From: Eledone cirrhosa
Lineage: Eukaryota
Assembly (NCBI GenBank): GCA_964016885.1
Contig: OZ024747.1
Location: 64,976,001 to 65,040,000, forward strand
Direction of reading: 5' to 3'
Length of the DNA: 64,000 nt
The notes under the pieces: model-generated
Seen by the model: only the letters and a program-made list of their open reading frames with translations
Database searches by the model: none
Told to the model about the DNA's origin: nothing
Made by a program: the position numbers and the translations under genes
In this document: piece after piece, positions 13,972-27,147 of the stretch
How the letters are laid out: each line of letters begins with the position of its first letter
How positions within the stretch are numbered: the stretch's first letter is position 1

Positions 13972-16154
13972 CTTTGAGTCTCAGTCATTGATGTTGGTTA
14001 ACTTGAAAGTTTGTTGAAATGAATATCAAGCCACTGCCTGCAGCCTCAGATATTCAGGACGTATCGGAGGGTTCTTGCTGTTCCCAACAAGCATGCCTTT
14101 TGAAGTGTTCCAAAAAGCGGGGCGGGGTCAATTTTCTTTAACCATCCCTGGAAACTCTTTGTGATAGTACCTAGTGCGCCTATGACAATCGGGACCACTT
14201 TGACATCATGGCAGTTCCAAATCCTGTTTACCTCCCACTTTAAGTCCTGGTATCGGTTAATTTTCTCCCTCTCCTTCTCTTGCACTCTCGTGTCGAATGG
14301 GCAGGCCACATCCACAATCAGGCACGATCTTTTTTCTTTGTCCACAACCACCAGGTCAGGTCTATTGTGTTCCAGTTTCTTGTCCGTCTGTATCCTAAAA
14401 TCCCACAGCACCTTCACCTGATCGTTTTCTATCACTGACTCTGGCTTATGCTCACACTACTTCTCAGAATGTGGTAAATTGTTTACTTTGCATAGATGCC
14501 AGTGGATCACCCTGCCTATCACATCAAATCTCCAGCCTTTATAGTGAGTCTGGGCTAGGTGTTTACACTCGGATACAATGTGACCCACAGTCTCCTCTCT
14601 CTCTCCACAGATCCTACACAGTTGGCTAGCCTCCTCCTTGTAAATATGGTGTTTCACCCACTTCGTTCTGAGTGCCTGCTTTTGGGCAGCCATTAGCATT
14701 CCTTCTGAAGCCTTTTTAAGGTCTCCTCTTTTTAACCAGTTCCATGTCTGTGGATCTCTAAACTCAGTTTTCTTAAAGAAGGTACTATGAAGGGATTTTT
14801 CATGAAGGTTGCTCTTCCTCCTTGTTGTTATTTCCTCCTTGGACATCCCCTGGTCTATTGTCCTCTCCTTCAGTACAATTCTGAGCATTGGCTCCCTACT
14901 GTCAGTCACGTATTTGTGCAGGTTTTTTTTCTCCATCTGAACACAGTCCTCTATGGTGATAAGACCTCTTCCACCTTCAGATCTCTTTAGGTAGAGTCTA
15001 ACGACATCACTCCTCTTGTGGAACATGTTGTAGATAGTCAATAGCTTCCTAGTCTTCCTATCCATTCCTTTTTCTTCAGCAACATTACATTTCAGAATTC
15101 CCGCACTGTACCTAATAATAGACACAGCTCGGGAATTCACTGCACTTATGGCATTCCTACTATTTAGATGTGATTTTAATACGTTCCTTACTCTCCTTAT
15201 GTACTCACATCTTATCGATTCCTTCATTTTTTTGTTCTTGATGTCATCAGCCTCCAGAACACCTAAATACTTGTATACATCTTCAGTGTCAATTTCCTTT
15301 ATCATCTCACCTGTTGGTACCTGGATTCCGTTGCTTCTGCTCAATTTACCCCTCTTCATCACAAGGACTCCACACTTACTAATACCAAATTGCATACATA
15401 TATCATTGCTGAAAATACGGACAGTGTCAACAAGTACATCCAACTCCTTCTCACTCTTCCCAAAGAGTTTAAGATCATCCATGAAGAGGAGGTGGTTAAT
15501 GGTAAGCTCTCCTTTTCCCAACTTGTATCCTGCTCTCACTTTTCGCAGTATAATGGTCAGGGGTATCAGGGCAAGGACAAACAACAGAGGGGACAAACTA
15601 TCTCCCTGGAAGATATCTCTCTTGATCTTCACGCCTCCCAAGGATTCTCCACCCGATGTTAACTCTGTTTCCCAGGACTTCATACTTTTGCTCAACAACT
15701 GTCTGATGTTATCTGCCACCTTGAAGATCTCTAGGCCTTTGGTTATCCAAGAATGAAGAACCATGTCGAATGCCTTTTTGTAATCTATCCATCCCATGGC
15801 AAGACCAGTGTGTCTCCTCTTGCAATTCCTCATTACCATCTTATCAATAAATAACTGGTCTTTTGTACCACGGGACTTCTTTCGGCATCCTTTCTGTTCG
15901 TACGGTAACAAGTTGTTTATGTGGAGGTGATGGTAGATTTCCTCAGACACAATGCTTGTTAACAGTTTCCACATTACGGACAGACATCTGATAGTTCTAT
16001 AATTGGTAACATCATTACCCTTGATTCGGTCTTTCATTACCAGACTGTGGTACCTTTTGTCAACCACTATGGTACCTCACCCGACATCAAGCAGTCATTG
16101 AAGATGGTTGTCAGTTTCGGGGGGAGGGATGTTATATTTTTGTTCCAATACCCC
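13972..16154 (-). mobile_element. 5'-truncated R4/Dong-like non-LTR retrotransposon (RT + CCHC + RLE) in (TAA)n
   Basis: RT motifs [29 protein letters not shown]; CRIC..H...C zinc knuckle; RPDL..DV..EK..Y endonuclease; (TAA)n at both ends. Confidence 0.92.
14046..16067 (-). pseudogene. RT-RLE ORF with one in-frame stop at 14457-14459
   Basis: The 536-aa and 129-aa ORFs are in the same frame, separated by TAG at the expected W of ..EK(W)xEH. Confidence 0.85.
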
Positions 16155-16185
<31 letters not shown>

Positions 16186-16449
16186 GTTATTTTCTTTCAT
16201 TATTGTTTCTACGGGGTCGATAAAATAAAGTACCAGTAATGTACTGGGTAATTTCTGGCCTTGTGCCAATAGTAGAAACAATTATTGTTTCTGAAATATA
16301 TGCCGAGTGTCTTCCTGACACCTAGGGTAAATAAATTCATAGTGTTCATTGGTAAGCAGTTAATCAGCATATTGATTATAATAATAAAAAATAAAAAAAC
16401 AGTATACATATATACACATGTATTTACGTCCGATATTAATTTGTAAATA

Positions 16450-16640
16450 GGGCGGTGGATTGGCAGTATCGGTAGAGGGTCAGACACCATGCTTTCCAGC
16501 ATAGTTACGTCCCTTTACGATCTGAGTTCAAATCCCGCCGAGGTTGACTTTGCCTTTCATCCTTACGGGGTCGATAAAATAAAGTACCAGTAATGCATTG
16601 GGTAATTGCTGGCCTTGTGCCTAAAGTAGAAACAATTAAT
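16450..16640 (+). mobile_element. SINE family A, full length (3' fragment also at 16208-16285)
   Basis: GGGCGGTGGATTGGCAGTATCGG...GAGTTCAAATCC...GTAGAAACAATT. Confidence 0.9.
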
Positions 16641-16889
16641 TTGTGACAAATTTTTAGTGTAAAATTTAAAGATAGAGATTTTTTTCACTAACCAATTAAT
16701 TATTTGTTAAATATTATGTGGTTAAGTAGCGAATATTATCCGATATATCTGTATAATTATCGCATTAAAAGTAAGATGTTTACGTTATTAAGTTAAAAAA
16801 TAAATATATGAGATTCCATGAGAGTATATAGATGCATAGATTAAGAGAGAACTAATTTCGTATAAATGTACATATATATATATGGGGAG

Positions 16890-17594
<705 letters not shown>

Positions 17595-18044
17595 TTCCAT
17601 ATCTATACGTGTGTATATGCAGTTATTACATACTAAATTTCAGTAATGGTTTACATATATTTACAGTTCTGTGAATGAACTGTACTGGAATTTCTTAATT
17701 AACTCTGATGTTTCTGGTTCTATGAAACCCAGCTTTTTATACTATGTTAGTGCTATATCCCAAAGATCACAGGTATAAATCTAAAGATGTACTGAGATTG
17801 AAAAATCTGCAGGTTCCTCATTAGTTCGGCAACAATATCATCATTGCAATTCTGTTAGCAACAATGTATGTATGTAGGTATGGAAGTATGTTTGTATGTG
17901 CTGGGCCCATGGTACCATGTGACGACAAATGCAGAGAGATCTCCAGATATAAAGCAATGCCTGTGCCGTGAAGCTTTTATATATATACATTTGTATATAC
18001 ATATATATACATAATTTATATATATAAACCTCTATATAAAAGCG

Positions 18045-18086
<42 letters not shown>

Positions 18087-18461
18087 CGTGTGTGTGTGGA
18101 GCTTTTATTATTTTATATTTTATTCCCAATGTATATTTGTATATATATATTCACACACATACACATATATATATATTCACACACACACATACATACATAC
18201 ATACATACATACATACATACATACATACATACATACATACATACATACATACATACATACATACATACATACATACATACATACATACATCTGAAAAAGT
18301 AAATAGTAAATCTATAAATAAACCTGTATATCTAGCAATTTCTCTCTTTCTCTCTCCATATATATATATATATATATATATACATAGATACATACATATA
18401 TGTGTCGATGTGTATATATATATACATACATATCTATATATGTATGTTTATACATATATAT

Positions 18462-18565
<104 letters not shown>

Positions 18566-18756
18566 ATATACATACATTCATGACTCTATGCATTGCATGT
18601 AATTCTATTAGCAAGATAGTTCTCATTCAGATTTTTTTTCGGTTGAAAATGTCACGTTGCCATGGGCAAGAGATACCCGTATCATCTTATCATCGAATAT
18701 TTGCGTTTTCCTTATTTTCCTTCTTTGCCCCTTTCATCTATTTACGTCTTTTCCAG

Positions 18757-18876
18757 GAATCTTCTGGAAATGTTTATCTTTCATTTCTATAAACCAGTTC
18801 TATTTCAAATTCTGACACGGAATTGCTTGGAAGAGCAACATATTTTACGAAGTCTTAAAATAAACCTGGAGCAACG
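18757..18876 (+). other. Candidate 120-nt exon of an unidentified host transcript
   Basis: Long polypyrimidine tract ending TTTTCCAG (18756), consensus donor ACG|GTAAGT (18877), length divisible by 3, one open frame. Confidence 0.35.
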
Positions 18877-18883
18877 GTAAGTG

Positions 18884-18968
<85 letters not shown>

Positions 18969-19081
18969 GGGGGGGTGTATGTATGTGTGTGCGTGTGTGT
19001 AGGTGTGTGTGTGTTTGTGTAAATATACATACACATATATATTTACACACACACACACATCTATATATATATACATATATA

Positions 19082-19749
19082 TACAAGTTAATATAAATTA
19101 ATATATTTGATAAACACTAATACCAACATTACACGGCTCAGAAATACTTCTTTCTTTGAGCTATTTCATTGTAAAGGACTGTTAGAGTTTAGAACTCGCT
19201 ATTCATAGTATCACGGCTCCTTCTGTCGAGCTAATTTTTAGCGCCATAAAAAGGGCTGTTATTTCTAGCAGCACGAGTATGAGGCGGCTAGTCACTGGAA
19301 AAACCATGTGCGTTATTCAGTCTTCTTAAATATTTTGAAGTGAAACATACCAATGTTTCAGGGTACTTGCTGAAGAGATCTGAATTTGGTATTTTTTCAC
19401 TTTTTCATTTATCGAAACATATTTGGATTTTGAAGTTTAAACTTATCTACGGAGCAGGTTTGGATTTTGAAATTTAAATGTGTCCAAGTACCACGGCCAT
19501 TTGCCAATATGATTTGTTTTTATTGATTTATTATTTTAAATCGAGACAGGCAAACTATATTATTATAATTAGTATTTTTCAATCTAGCTAACTCAGTCAT
19601 TTACAATGCAAACACGTATATGTTGGTATAAGTGTTTATCAAATATATTAATTTATACTAACTTGTATTACACGGCTCATAAATACTTCTTTCTTTGAGC
19701 TATTTCATTGTAAAGGACTGCTTGAGTTTAGAACTCGTTATTCATAGTA
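19082..19749 (+). mobile_element. Hammerhead-bearing partial-tandem element (retrozyme/PLE-like)
   Basis: About 80-bp direct repeat (19129-19210 / 19669-19749, period 540) plus about 47-bp inverted segment (19082-19128 vs 19620-19668); (TA)-rich flanks. Confidence 0.75.
19362..19492 (+). ncRNA. Type I hammerhead ribozyme with long stem III
   Basis: GGTACTTG-CTGAAGA-GAT..ATC-GAAA-CATATTT..AAATGTG-TC|CAAGTACC; 8-bp stem I, GUC cleavage triplet at 19482-19484. Confidence 0.8.
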
Positions 19750-19776
19750 CATATACATATATATATATATATTATG

Positions 19777-19872
<96 letters not shown>

Positions 19873-20051
19873 AGAGAGAAAGAGAGAAATTGCTAGATAT
19901 ACAGGTTTATTTATAGATTTACTATTTACCTTTTCAGATGTTTATATACGTATGTATGTGTAGGAGTATGTTTGTACAAATGCATGTAATATATACATAC
20001 ATATAAACAAAGATATATACAAACATATATAAACAAACATATATAAGTATG

Positions 20052-20102
<51 letters not shown>

Positions 20103-20158
20103 GTGTGCGTGTAGACACAAACCAATTCACACACACACATACACACCCATATATATAT

Positions 20159-20370
20159 GATGTGAGAAAACCCACAGACCCTCCATCTCAACTCTACTTA
20201 TGAAAAGCAGAAGAACTGCGAAACCGGTAAAGAAACCAAATAAATATATATATATTTTTTTAAATAAGACTCCAGTTGCATTTTCGATTTCATCTTTTTT
20301 TCTTTATACTTTCACTCGTGTAGGATACCTCGGTTATTTTTCATTTTGTAAAAAAAACCTCACTTTCTAA
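20159..20370 (+). mobile_element. PLE terminal-repeat fragment (family C) with variant hammerhead at 20197-20232
   Basis: CTT-ATGAAAA-GCAG/CTGC-GAAA-CCGG-TA|AAG; homologous to the reverse complement of 47652-47796; (TA)n flanks. Confidence 0.6.
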
Positions 20371-20381
20371 TATATATATAT

Positions 20382-22400
20382 ATTATTCAAAATATTAACA
20401 AATGAAGATATTCACATAATCAAAATATATGCTTTATTATATATATTTCGAAGGTACTGTGTTGTTTTTTCAGTACCTCCTCGTCAGATGAAATATATGA
20501 TTTGATATATGACATACCTCTTCGGTCTTGATATTTCAATTCCAGTATTGGCAGTGAATTATTTCATCAAATCTCAACGTTTATATACCACAAATAATAA
20601 TATGATAAACATAAAGAAGAAAAGGACGTGGAGCGCATTAGAGAGGGTGTAAAGAGGAGGAAGGCAAGAAAAAAGAAAGAAAGAAAAAAAGAAAAAAGAA
20701 GAATAAATAACTAAATACATACATAAATATTTAAATGAATAAAAATAAATAAAAGGATGGATGAATAGAGGAAGAAGAAAGGAGAAATAACGACAAAAGA
20801 GAGGGAACATAAAATATATGTTAGGATATATAGAAAAAACCGTTGTTTTCAAATATTAGATCAATTGAGGCAACCAATCAATTACCATAAACCATTGAAT
20901 ATCTCTTGTATTTGATTATGGTTAAGCTAATTATACTTATATATTATATCAAAATTAGTCAATATACATTACTTTTAATAGCCGTTTATATTATTTTATT
21001 TAACTCATTATAAGATAATATTTTTGTATTTAAGTAATATATTCCTTAAGTATTTTAATTATTAAACATGCATTTAAAATATATATTAAAATACATGCAT
21101 ATATCACCATCAATATATATAATATATTAAGATCATTTTTTAGCCGAATTATTTTATTTGAATAGGATATTTACTTTATAAAATCATTTCTATTCTTTAA
21201 TTATCATATAATTACAGGATTAAATTGCAGTTATATTTACTCTCAAAAGTTTTATTCCGTTAATTTATATTTACTTCTGTAATTACATATTATTATAGTT
21301 TCCTTTTAAAGATATTCTTATATTATTAAACTACATAATTCATGTCAAATATAATTTAGTAAGCTATTCAAACAGAATAAAAATATTTACGAAGAATGTA
21401 AACAAAAGGAAGAAAACTCATTCACCATATGTGAACATTTAACTATTCTGAAATCTAGTGATAATTCTAAACCATAAATCAACAATTGTCAAGTTAAATG
21501 TTGAACTGTCCTAATCAAAACATAGGATACAAAGACTCTTAATGAAATTATTCTGATAAAACATCAATAAATTATTACCCCAGTAAGGCAAAAAATTAAA
21601 TATATATTTTTTTAAATTATTATTAATTGTCAATATTTTTTCGAAACTTGTACAATGCCTGGAATATGTTTACCGAATTTATGTTGGCAGCTGCTAAATA
21701 ATTCATTTTTCTTGTTAATTAAATTGTCATAATTTGTAATTATCAACAGAGTCTCAAGGTTGCAAAGATTTCAATTTAGCTAAATGGAAGCGTTCCGGTA
21801 GGAATTGGCATTCTTTAACCGAGTCCAAGAGATGGAGTATTTAATATTCTTGTCCTTCAAAGACCATATTAATTGTGAGAGTGAGGTTGAAAATTGTTTT
21901 ATCTGGATTAGAAAAAGAATTTTTATGACTGTACCAACGAACCTTAAATTTAGATGAAGTGGCACCAATGTAGTTGTATATATTATTATTTGTCTTAATG
22001 GTACATCTATATACTAGATTCTTGTCAAGGCAGTTATGTTGTAAGGGACATTCTGACTTCTTTCTACAGTTACATTTCTTCTCGATGTTATTTCCATACT
22101 CTAAACTATTCATATTATTATTATTATTTAAAGGTGTTCTACTATTATTTATATTTAAACTATTATTGTTATTCCCATAAACTAGTGTATTATTATTATT
22201 GTTGTTATTATCGCTATTTATATGCTGGTTCAAATTAAGATTTTTACTATTTATTTTTGCTATATTTTGAACAATATTCATAGTTGTTGAATAAGAGAGT
22301 TTAACTGTGTCTATTGAAGATAGAGTAATATTTATGTGATCTAAGGAAGCATTTATCCAAGGCTTTGAGAAATCAATGAACCATATTAATCTTTGGTTAT
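20382..22400 (-). mobile_element. 5'-truncated Penelope-like element (GIY-YIG C-terminus, long 3' UTR, terminal repeat)
   Basis: Coding remnant about 21640-22400: KLSYSTT..CNCRKKSECPL..CL..VY.C..YIGAT..FKVRWYSHKNSF..STSLS..W..LC.LE..IN.K.E....CQH; hammerhead near the 3' end; TA flanks. Confidence 0.88.
20433..20492 (-). ncRNA. Type I minimal hammerhead ribozyme
   Basis: TTCAT-CTGACGA-GGAGGTACTG/CAGTACCTTC-GAAA-T-ATAT-A-TA|ATAAA. Confidence 0.8.
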
Positions 22401-22546
22401 ATATATATAGGAAAGGGAAGTTAAAAATATGTTTTGAGTTATTAAGAAGGTTCTATTACCAATAACTTTACCGGTTTCACGTTTGAATGATTTTCAAAAG
22501 TGTATTGAAGTGTTCAAACCACTACCCTCTTACACACACTCACACT

Positions 22547-22648
<102 letters not shown>

Positions 22649-23070
22649 CAATTCTTGTTCATCTTTGCTGATTGAATGATTTTTATTTATTTTATTTTAT
22701 TTGTTGCTTGTTGTCAAGTCACACTTGATATTCCGACGTTGCAGGAAACAAAAGTAAACTATTTATACAGAAGGATACACACACAGAGACACATAAATAA
22801 TCTTTCTATACACTTAAAAATAATTGTGGAGGGCAGGGTTGGATTGCCACAAACAATTCTATAGACAAGCTTGATTACTTAACACAATAAAATAGACATG
22901 AATTAATTTAAAAATTGTCACTAGCCACGTTTACTCACTAAACCATAGCAATCCAAATCTATACCTAACCCCGTGATCTTCCACAACTAATCCAGCTGTA
23001 CTTAAAACCGATAGCATAAGAACGGAAAGAAAATTCCCGAAATATCAGCTGCTAAACACATCACAAATCC

Positions 23071-23279
23071 TATATCATAGAGATGTAACATTTTTGTGAG
23101 GTAGGCCGACTTTTCAAGGGAACACCTCAGCGAAAAATTTCAAAACAGTTCTGCATCGCGCGAGAGAATCTCGAAAAGGCGGGGGGGGACACTATCACGT
23201 GATACAGTGGTCAAGAATTGGGGTTAAATCTCTTGAAAAGTCGGCCTACCTCACAAAAATGTTACATCTCTATGATATA
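23071..23279. repeat. About 50-bp inverted repeat with 107-bp spacer (MITE-like)
   Basis: TATATCATAGAGATGTAACATTTTTGTGAGGTAGGCCGACTTTTCAAG and its reverse complement. Confidence 0.8.
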
Positions 23280-23377
23280 TGATATTTGCATAGTAGCCAC
23301 GAAACTGTACAGTCGGGAATTTGAAGAAAAAATGGATATTTATTTATGTCTAATATTTCTTCTTACTTTATAATATA

Positions 23378-24639
23378 CTAGCAGTAAAGCCCGGCGTTGC
23401 TCGGGGTCGCTCAGTATCTGTGTTAAAGTTACAATGTTAAGTTTCTTTTTTGGCTTAAAAACTGTAGTGTCTACTGTGCAGACCTGCATGTGGTGTTTTT
23501 GATTAATATTCCCTCAACCAACAATATGCCTTATGAAGTTAAGAAAACATAACGATAACCCGAATGTTATAACAAAAGAGGATGCTGGGGATAAAAACTG
23601 CACTGGTTATTTATTAACAAAGATCGAAAATGTAAACACTGCAACGCAGAGAAAAACATTAGCGTAACCAAATTATCAGTTATGTCTGTCTGCACGCCTA
23701 TATCACCTCTCTGCACGACTGTCTGTCTGCACGCGTATATCACCTCTCTGCACGACTGTCTGTCTGCACGCGTATATCACCTCTCTGCACGACTGTCTGT
23801 CTGCACGACTGTCTGTCTGCACGACTGTCTGTCTGCACGACTGTCTGTCTGCACGACTGTCTGTCTGCACGCCTAACGAAATTTACAGATACATATATTT
23901 TAAATAAACTTATATAATTTTTGCTTTTTTTTACGAAATATTTGCTTGTTTTACGTAGTCTTTAAATAGACTTGTTTTCAAGTAAAAATATTGTTTTAAA
24001 AGGCTTTTAAATGGAAATGAAGCAAAGCGGAAGCTTAGTGTTCGAACTGATGAATTTTGCAGGTCAAAATTTTGCTGGCTCGACAACTGTTCGTGTATTG
24101 TGTTAATGTCATTTTAAACGCTGAGAAAGCCAGCGTTTTTTTTTTATTTTTGCACGCAGAAAATGTAAACAGAACGTAAGACGCTCAATGTAAACAGAAC
24201 AAAGGGAAATAACTCGTCACTTACGCTCAAAAATCGATACATTAGATTCGATTTCGTCACATAGGGTGGGTCAATTTGAAATATTTTTTTCCGATGTCTT
24301 CGCTAGGGCTCAATGTACAAGTATAGCAATTTCGGTGCAATTCCGTCAGAGATTCTAAGAGGAGATGTGTGCCAAAAATCGATAGACAGACAGACAACCA
24401 CAGCTTTATATATATAGAACAAAGGGAAATAACTCGTCACTTACGCTCAAAAATCGATACATTAGATTCGATTTCGTCACATAGGGTGGGTCAATTTGAA
24501 ATATATTTTTTCCGATGTCTTCGCTAGGGCTCAATGTACAAGTATAGCAATTTCGGTGCAATTCCGTCAGAGATTCTAAGAGGAGATGTGTGCCAAAAAT
24601 CGATAGACAGACAGACAACCACAGCTTTATATATATAGA
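23378..24639 (-). mobile_element. Non-autonomous Helitron with duplicated 5' terminus
   Basis: A|TCTATATATATAAAG... to CCGAGCAACGCCGGG..CTAG|T; about 221-bp tandem duplication at 24196-24639; internal CTGTCTGTCTGCACGA minisatellite at 23683-23872. Confidence 0.85.
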
Positions 24640-24834
24640 TTACATAGCTCTGATATGGAGTCAATTTAATTATTCCTATTATCTTGTCTCTCATAATCAT
24701 AGAGCAACATTGGCACCATTGGTTAAGGTCGACAACACACAATCTCACATACTTTTGAAAAATGTATGTGTATATATGCATGTATATGTATGTATACACA
24801 TATATTGGTGTACCTCTCATTATTGTATATATAC

Positions 24835-24921
<87 letters not shown>

Positions 24922-25010
24922 TATGCATATGCATATATATATATATACATATATATGCATGTCATTTTCTTTGTTATTTCTGTTTACCTTTTGTATATAT
25001 ATATATATAT

Positions 25011-25570
25011 ATTTATTACATGTTATCCATGTGCAACCTGCAGTATTCTTCTCCCCATTTTTTCACATATATTTACCTAAACTGCGATTCTGTTTTTTTC
25101 TCTCTCTCTCTCTTACTGCTCCCTCGTTCTCTCTGTTTCTCTTACTTTCTTTCGTCCCCTCTGTCATGTCAGTTAACTCTTCCTCACACTTCCACTCACT
25201 CACTGTTTCTCCTCTTCTCACTTCACCCCGTTCGCGACGAAAACATTTTCTCTCCTTCTCACATTTGAATTCGTTCCCGAAAGGTCTTTTTTCTAAGCGC
25301 TCATATATTCACCTAGCTTATGCTAACAGAATAACTATGAAGCTTGTTCCCTTCCTTCTACGGTTAGCTCTCCTCTTTGTTGTTATCTTGTCTCACTCGC
25401 TTTACGCGTTTTAATTGTCCTAATAACTTAATTTAGTTATTATTGCACCGACGTGAGGTATATGATTTTTAATGCAATGAAATATCTATGATCGTCGGCA
25501 AATCACTGATGAGGGACTTATTTTATTACATGTTATCCATGTGCAACCTGCAGTATTCTTCTCCCCATTT

Positions 25571-25576
<6 letters not shown>
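25011..25576 (+). mobile_element. Unclassified (TA)n-flanked element with about 60-bp terminal direct repeat
   Basis: TTTATTACATGTTATCCATGTGCAACCTGCAGTATTCTTCTCCCCATTTTT at both ends (period about 510 bp). Confidence 0.75.
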
Positions 25577-25610
<34 letters not shown>

Positions 25611-25820
25611 TGCTTTCTCTCTAAACGTTTTTCGGTTCCTTCCTTTTCTTACAATCGTCTAACTTTCTATTTCTTCTTTTATCTATCATTCTCTCTATTG
25701 ACAGAGGACTGACATCCACAACGGTAAAGCTACCTACTCTCTCAATCGTTAAAGTTGTACTGTACATTTAACTGTGTCGTTTTCTTGTGTAGTTTATTCC
25801 TATACATAACGCATACATAC

Positions 25821-25863
<43 letters not shown>

Positions 25864-25867
<4 letters not shown>

Positions 25868-26047
25868 ACTATAAGTTTAACAAGGTTCAATGACTAAATT
25901 ATATCTATCAACATAGTCAAGGTATGTCAAGCATCAACTTATTTTATCTGATGAGGACATACTGTTGAAATAGGTCAGTATCTCTGAAATATGTATAATA
26001 AAATATATTTGATCACATGAATGTCTATATTTATTAATATTTTGAAG

Positions 26048-26050
<3 letters not shown>
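25864..26050 (+). mobile_element. Solo PLE terminal-repeat fragment in (TA)n
   Basis: Similar to the 20382-20560 terminal repeat; contains a hammerhead. Confidence 0.75.
25942..26003 (+). ncRNA. Type I minimal hammerhead ribozyme
   Basis: TTTTAT-CTGATGA-GGACATACTG/CAGTATCTCT-GAAA-T-ATGT-A-TA|ATAAAA. Confidence 0.85.
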
Positions 26051-26103
<53 letters not shown>

Positions 26104-26108
<5 letters not shown>

Positions 26109-26468
26109 AGGTGAGTTTTAATGTAGTACAATAAAGCAATGCAGATATCGGATAAGAAGCACTCTACAGTTTGTAGGACTGGAGTATACATAATATATAA
26201 GAACAAAAGATGGTTAAAAGAGTTCCATGTATTTTATTATGCACATTTCAAAAACAAATATCATCATGCAATAATATTTGTGTTTTCATCAGATAAAACA
26301 GGAAGATATGATATGAAGGTTAAAAAACACTATCCACAAGTGTTTTTTAACCTTCATATCATGTCTTCCTGTTTTATCTGATGAAAACACAAATATTATT
26401 GCATGATGATATTTGTTTTTGAAATGCGCGTAATAAAATACATGGAACTCTTTTAACCATCTTTTGTT

Positions 26469-26471
<3 letters not shown>
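26104..26471. mobile_element. Fold-back PLE terminal-repeat derivative, family D
   Basis: About 135-bp inverted arms, 7-nt loop at 26332-26338, about 90-nt tail on the left, (TA)n on both sides. Confidence 0.85.
26372..26438 (+). ncRNA. Type I minimal hammerhead ribozyme (mirror copy on - strand at 26232-26298)
   Basis: TTTTAT-CTGATGA-[stem II AAACACAAATATTATT/GATGATATTTGTTTTT]-GAAA-T-GCGC-G-TA|ATAAAA; palindromic loop III. Confidence 0.88.
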
Positions 26472-26537
<66 letters not shown>

Positions 26538-26539
<2 letters not shown>

Positions 26540-26752
26540 CGAAGGAAATGTGGTAAGGAGCCAGGTGGACCATAACGCACCAAAGTACTCAATACTTAGG
26601 GTAGTAGAGTGGGTAATAGGAACCAGTAAGACCCCGACAGCTGAGCTCAAGCCGTTTCGACGGCTAATTCTGGACTGTGTGTGTGTGTGTGTGCGTAGTC
26701 CAGAATTAGCCGTCGAAACGGCTTGAGCTCAGCCGTCGGGGTCTTACTGGTT

Positions 26753-26755
<3 letters not shown>
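26538..26755. mobile_element. Fold-back PLE terminal-repeat derivative, family A
   Basis: Arms share private variants (AATTCTGG/CCAGAATT, CCAGTAAG/CTTACTGG); loop is a (GT)n run. Confidence 0.82.
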
Positions 26756-26812
<57 letters not shown>

Positions 26813-26959
26813 TGTCTGTGTGTGTGAGTTGCTTCTATGCAGTTGTACATGTTTCAATTCCCGCAGATGGTGTCGTCTCATCATTTTCTATTAAATTTAC
26901 CTTACATATATATTTTATCATATATATATATATATATATATAAGTGTGTGTGTGTGTGT

Positions 26960-27052
<93 letters not shown>

Positions 27053-27147
27053 CAGATTAATGTTTAAGCAAAGAATCGAGCCCTCTTCGGATTTTAGTCA
27101 TCGTATTTATTAGTACAATCATTATTAATATATATATATACTATTAT

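Noticed and set aside
15148-15756. Antisense ORFs over LINEs (also 27443-27880 and 33368-33715)
   Set aside because: Shadow frames opposite RT coding sequence
16450-16540. tRNA-like A and B boxes
   Set aside because: SINE heads continuing into a shared core and tail; no full cloverleaf seen
17899-17981. About 80-bp match to 54572-54654
   Set aside because: Most likely a fragment of a dispersed repeat; no structure or coding signal identified
21771-21773. TGA at the conserved first Cys of CxLC in the PLE endonuclease (possible selenocysteine)
   Set aside because: This copy also has a TAG three codons earlier and frameshifts; the other two PLEs have TGT here; no SECIS identified
23683-23872. 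Regularly spaced short repeats resembling a CRISPR array
   Set aside because: No unique spacers; a minisatellite inside a Helitron in eukaryotic DNA
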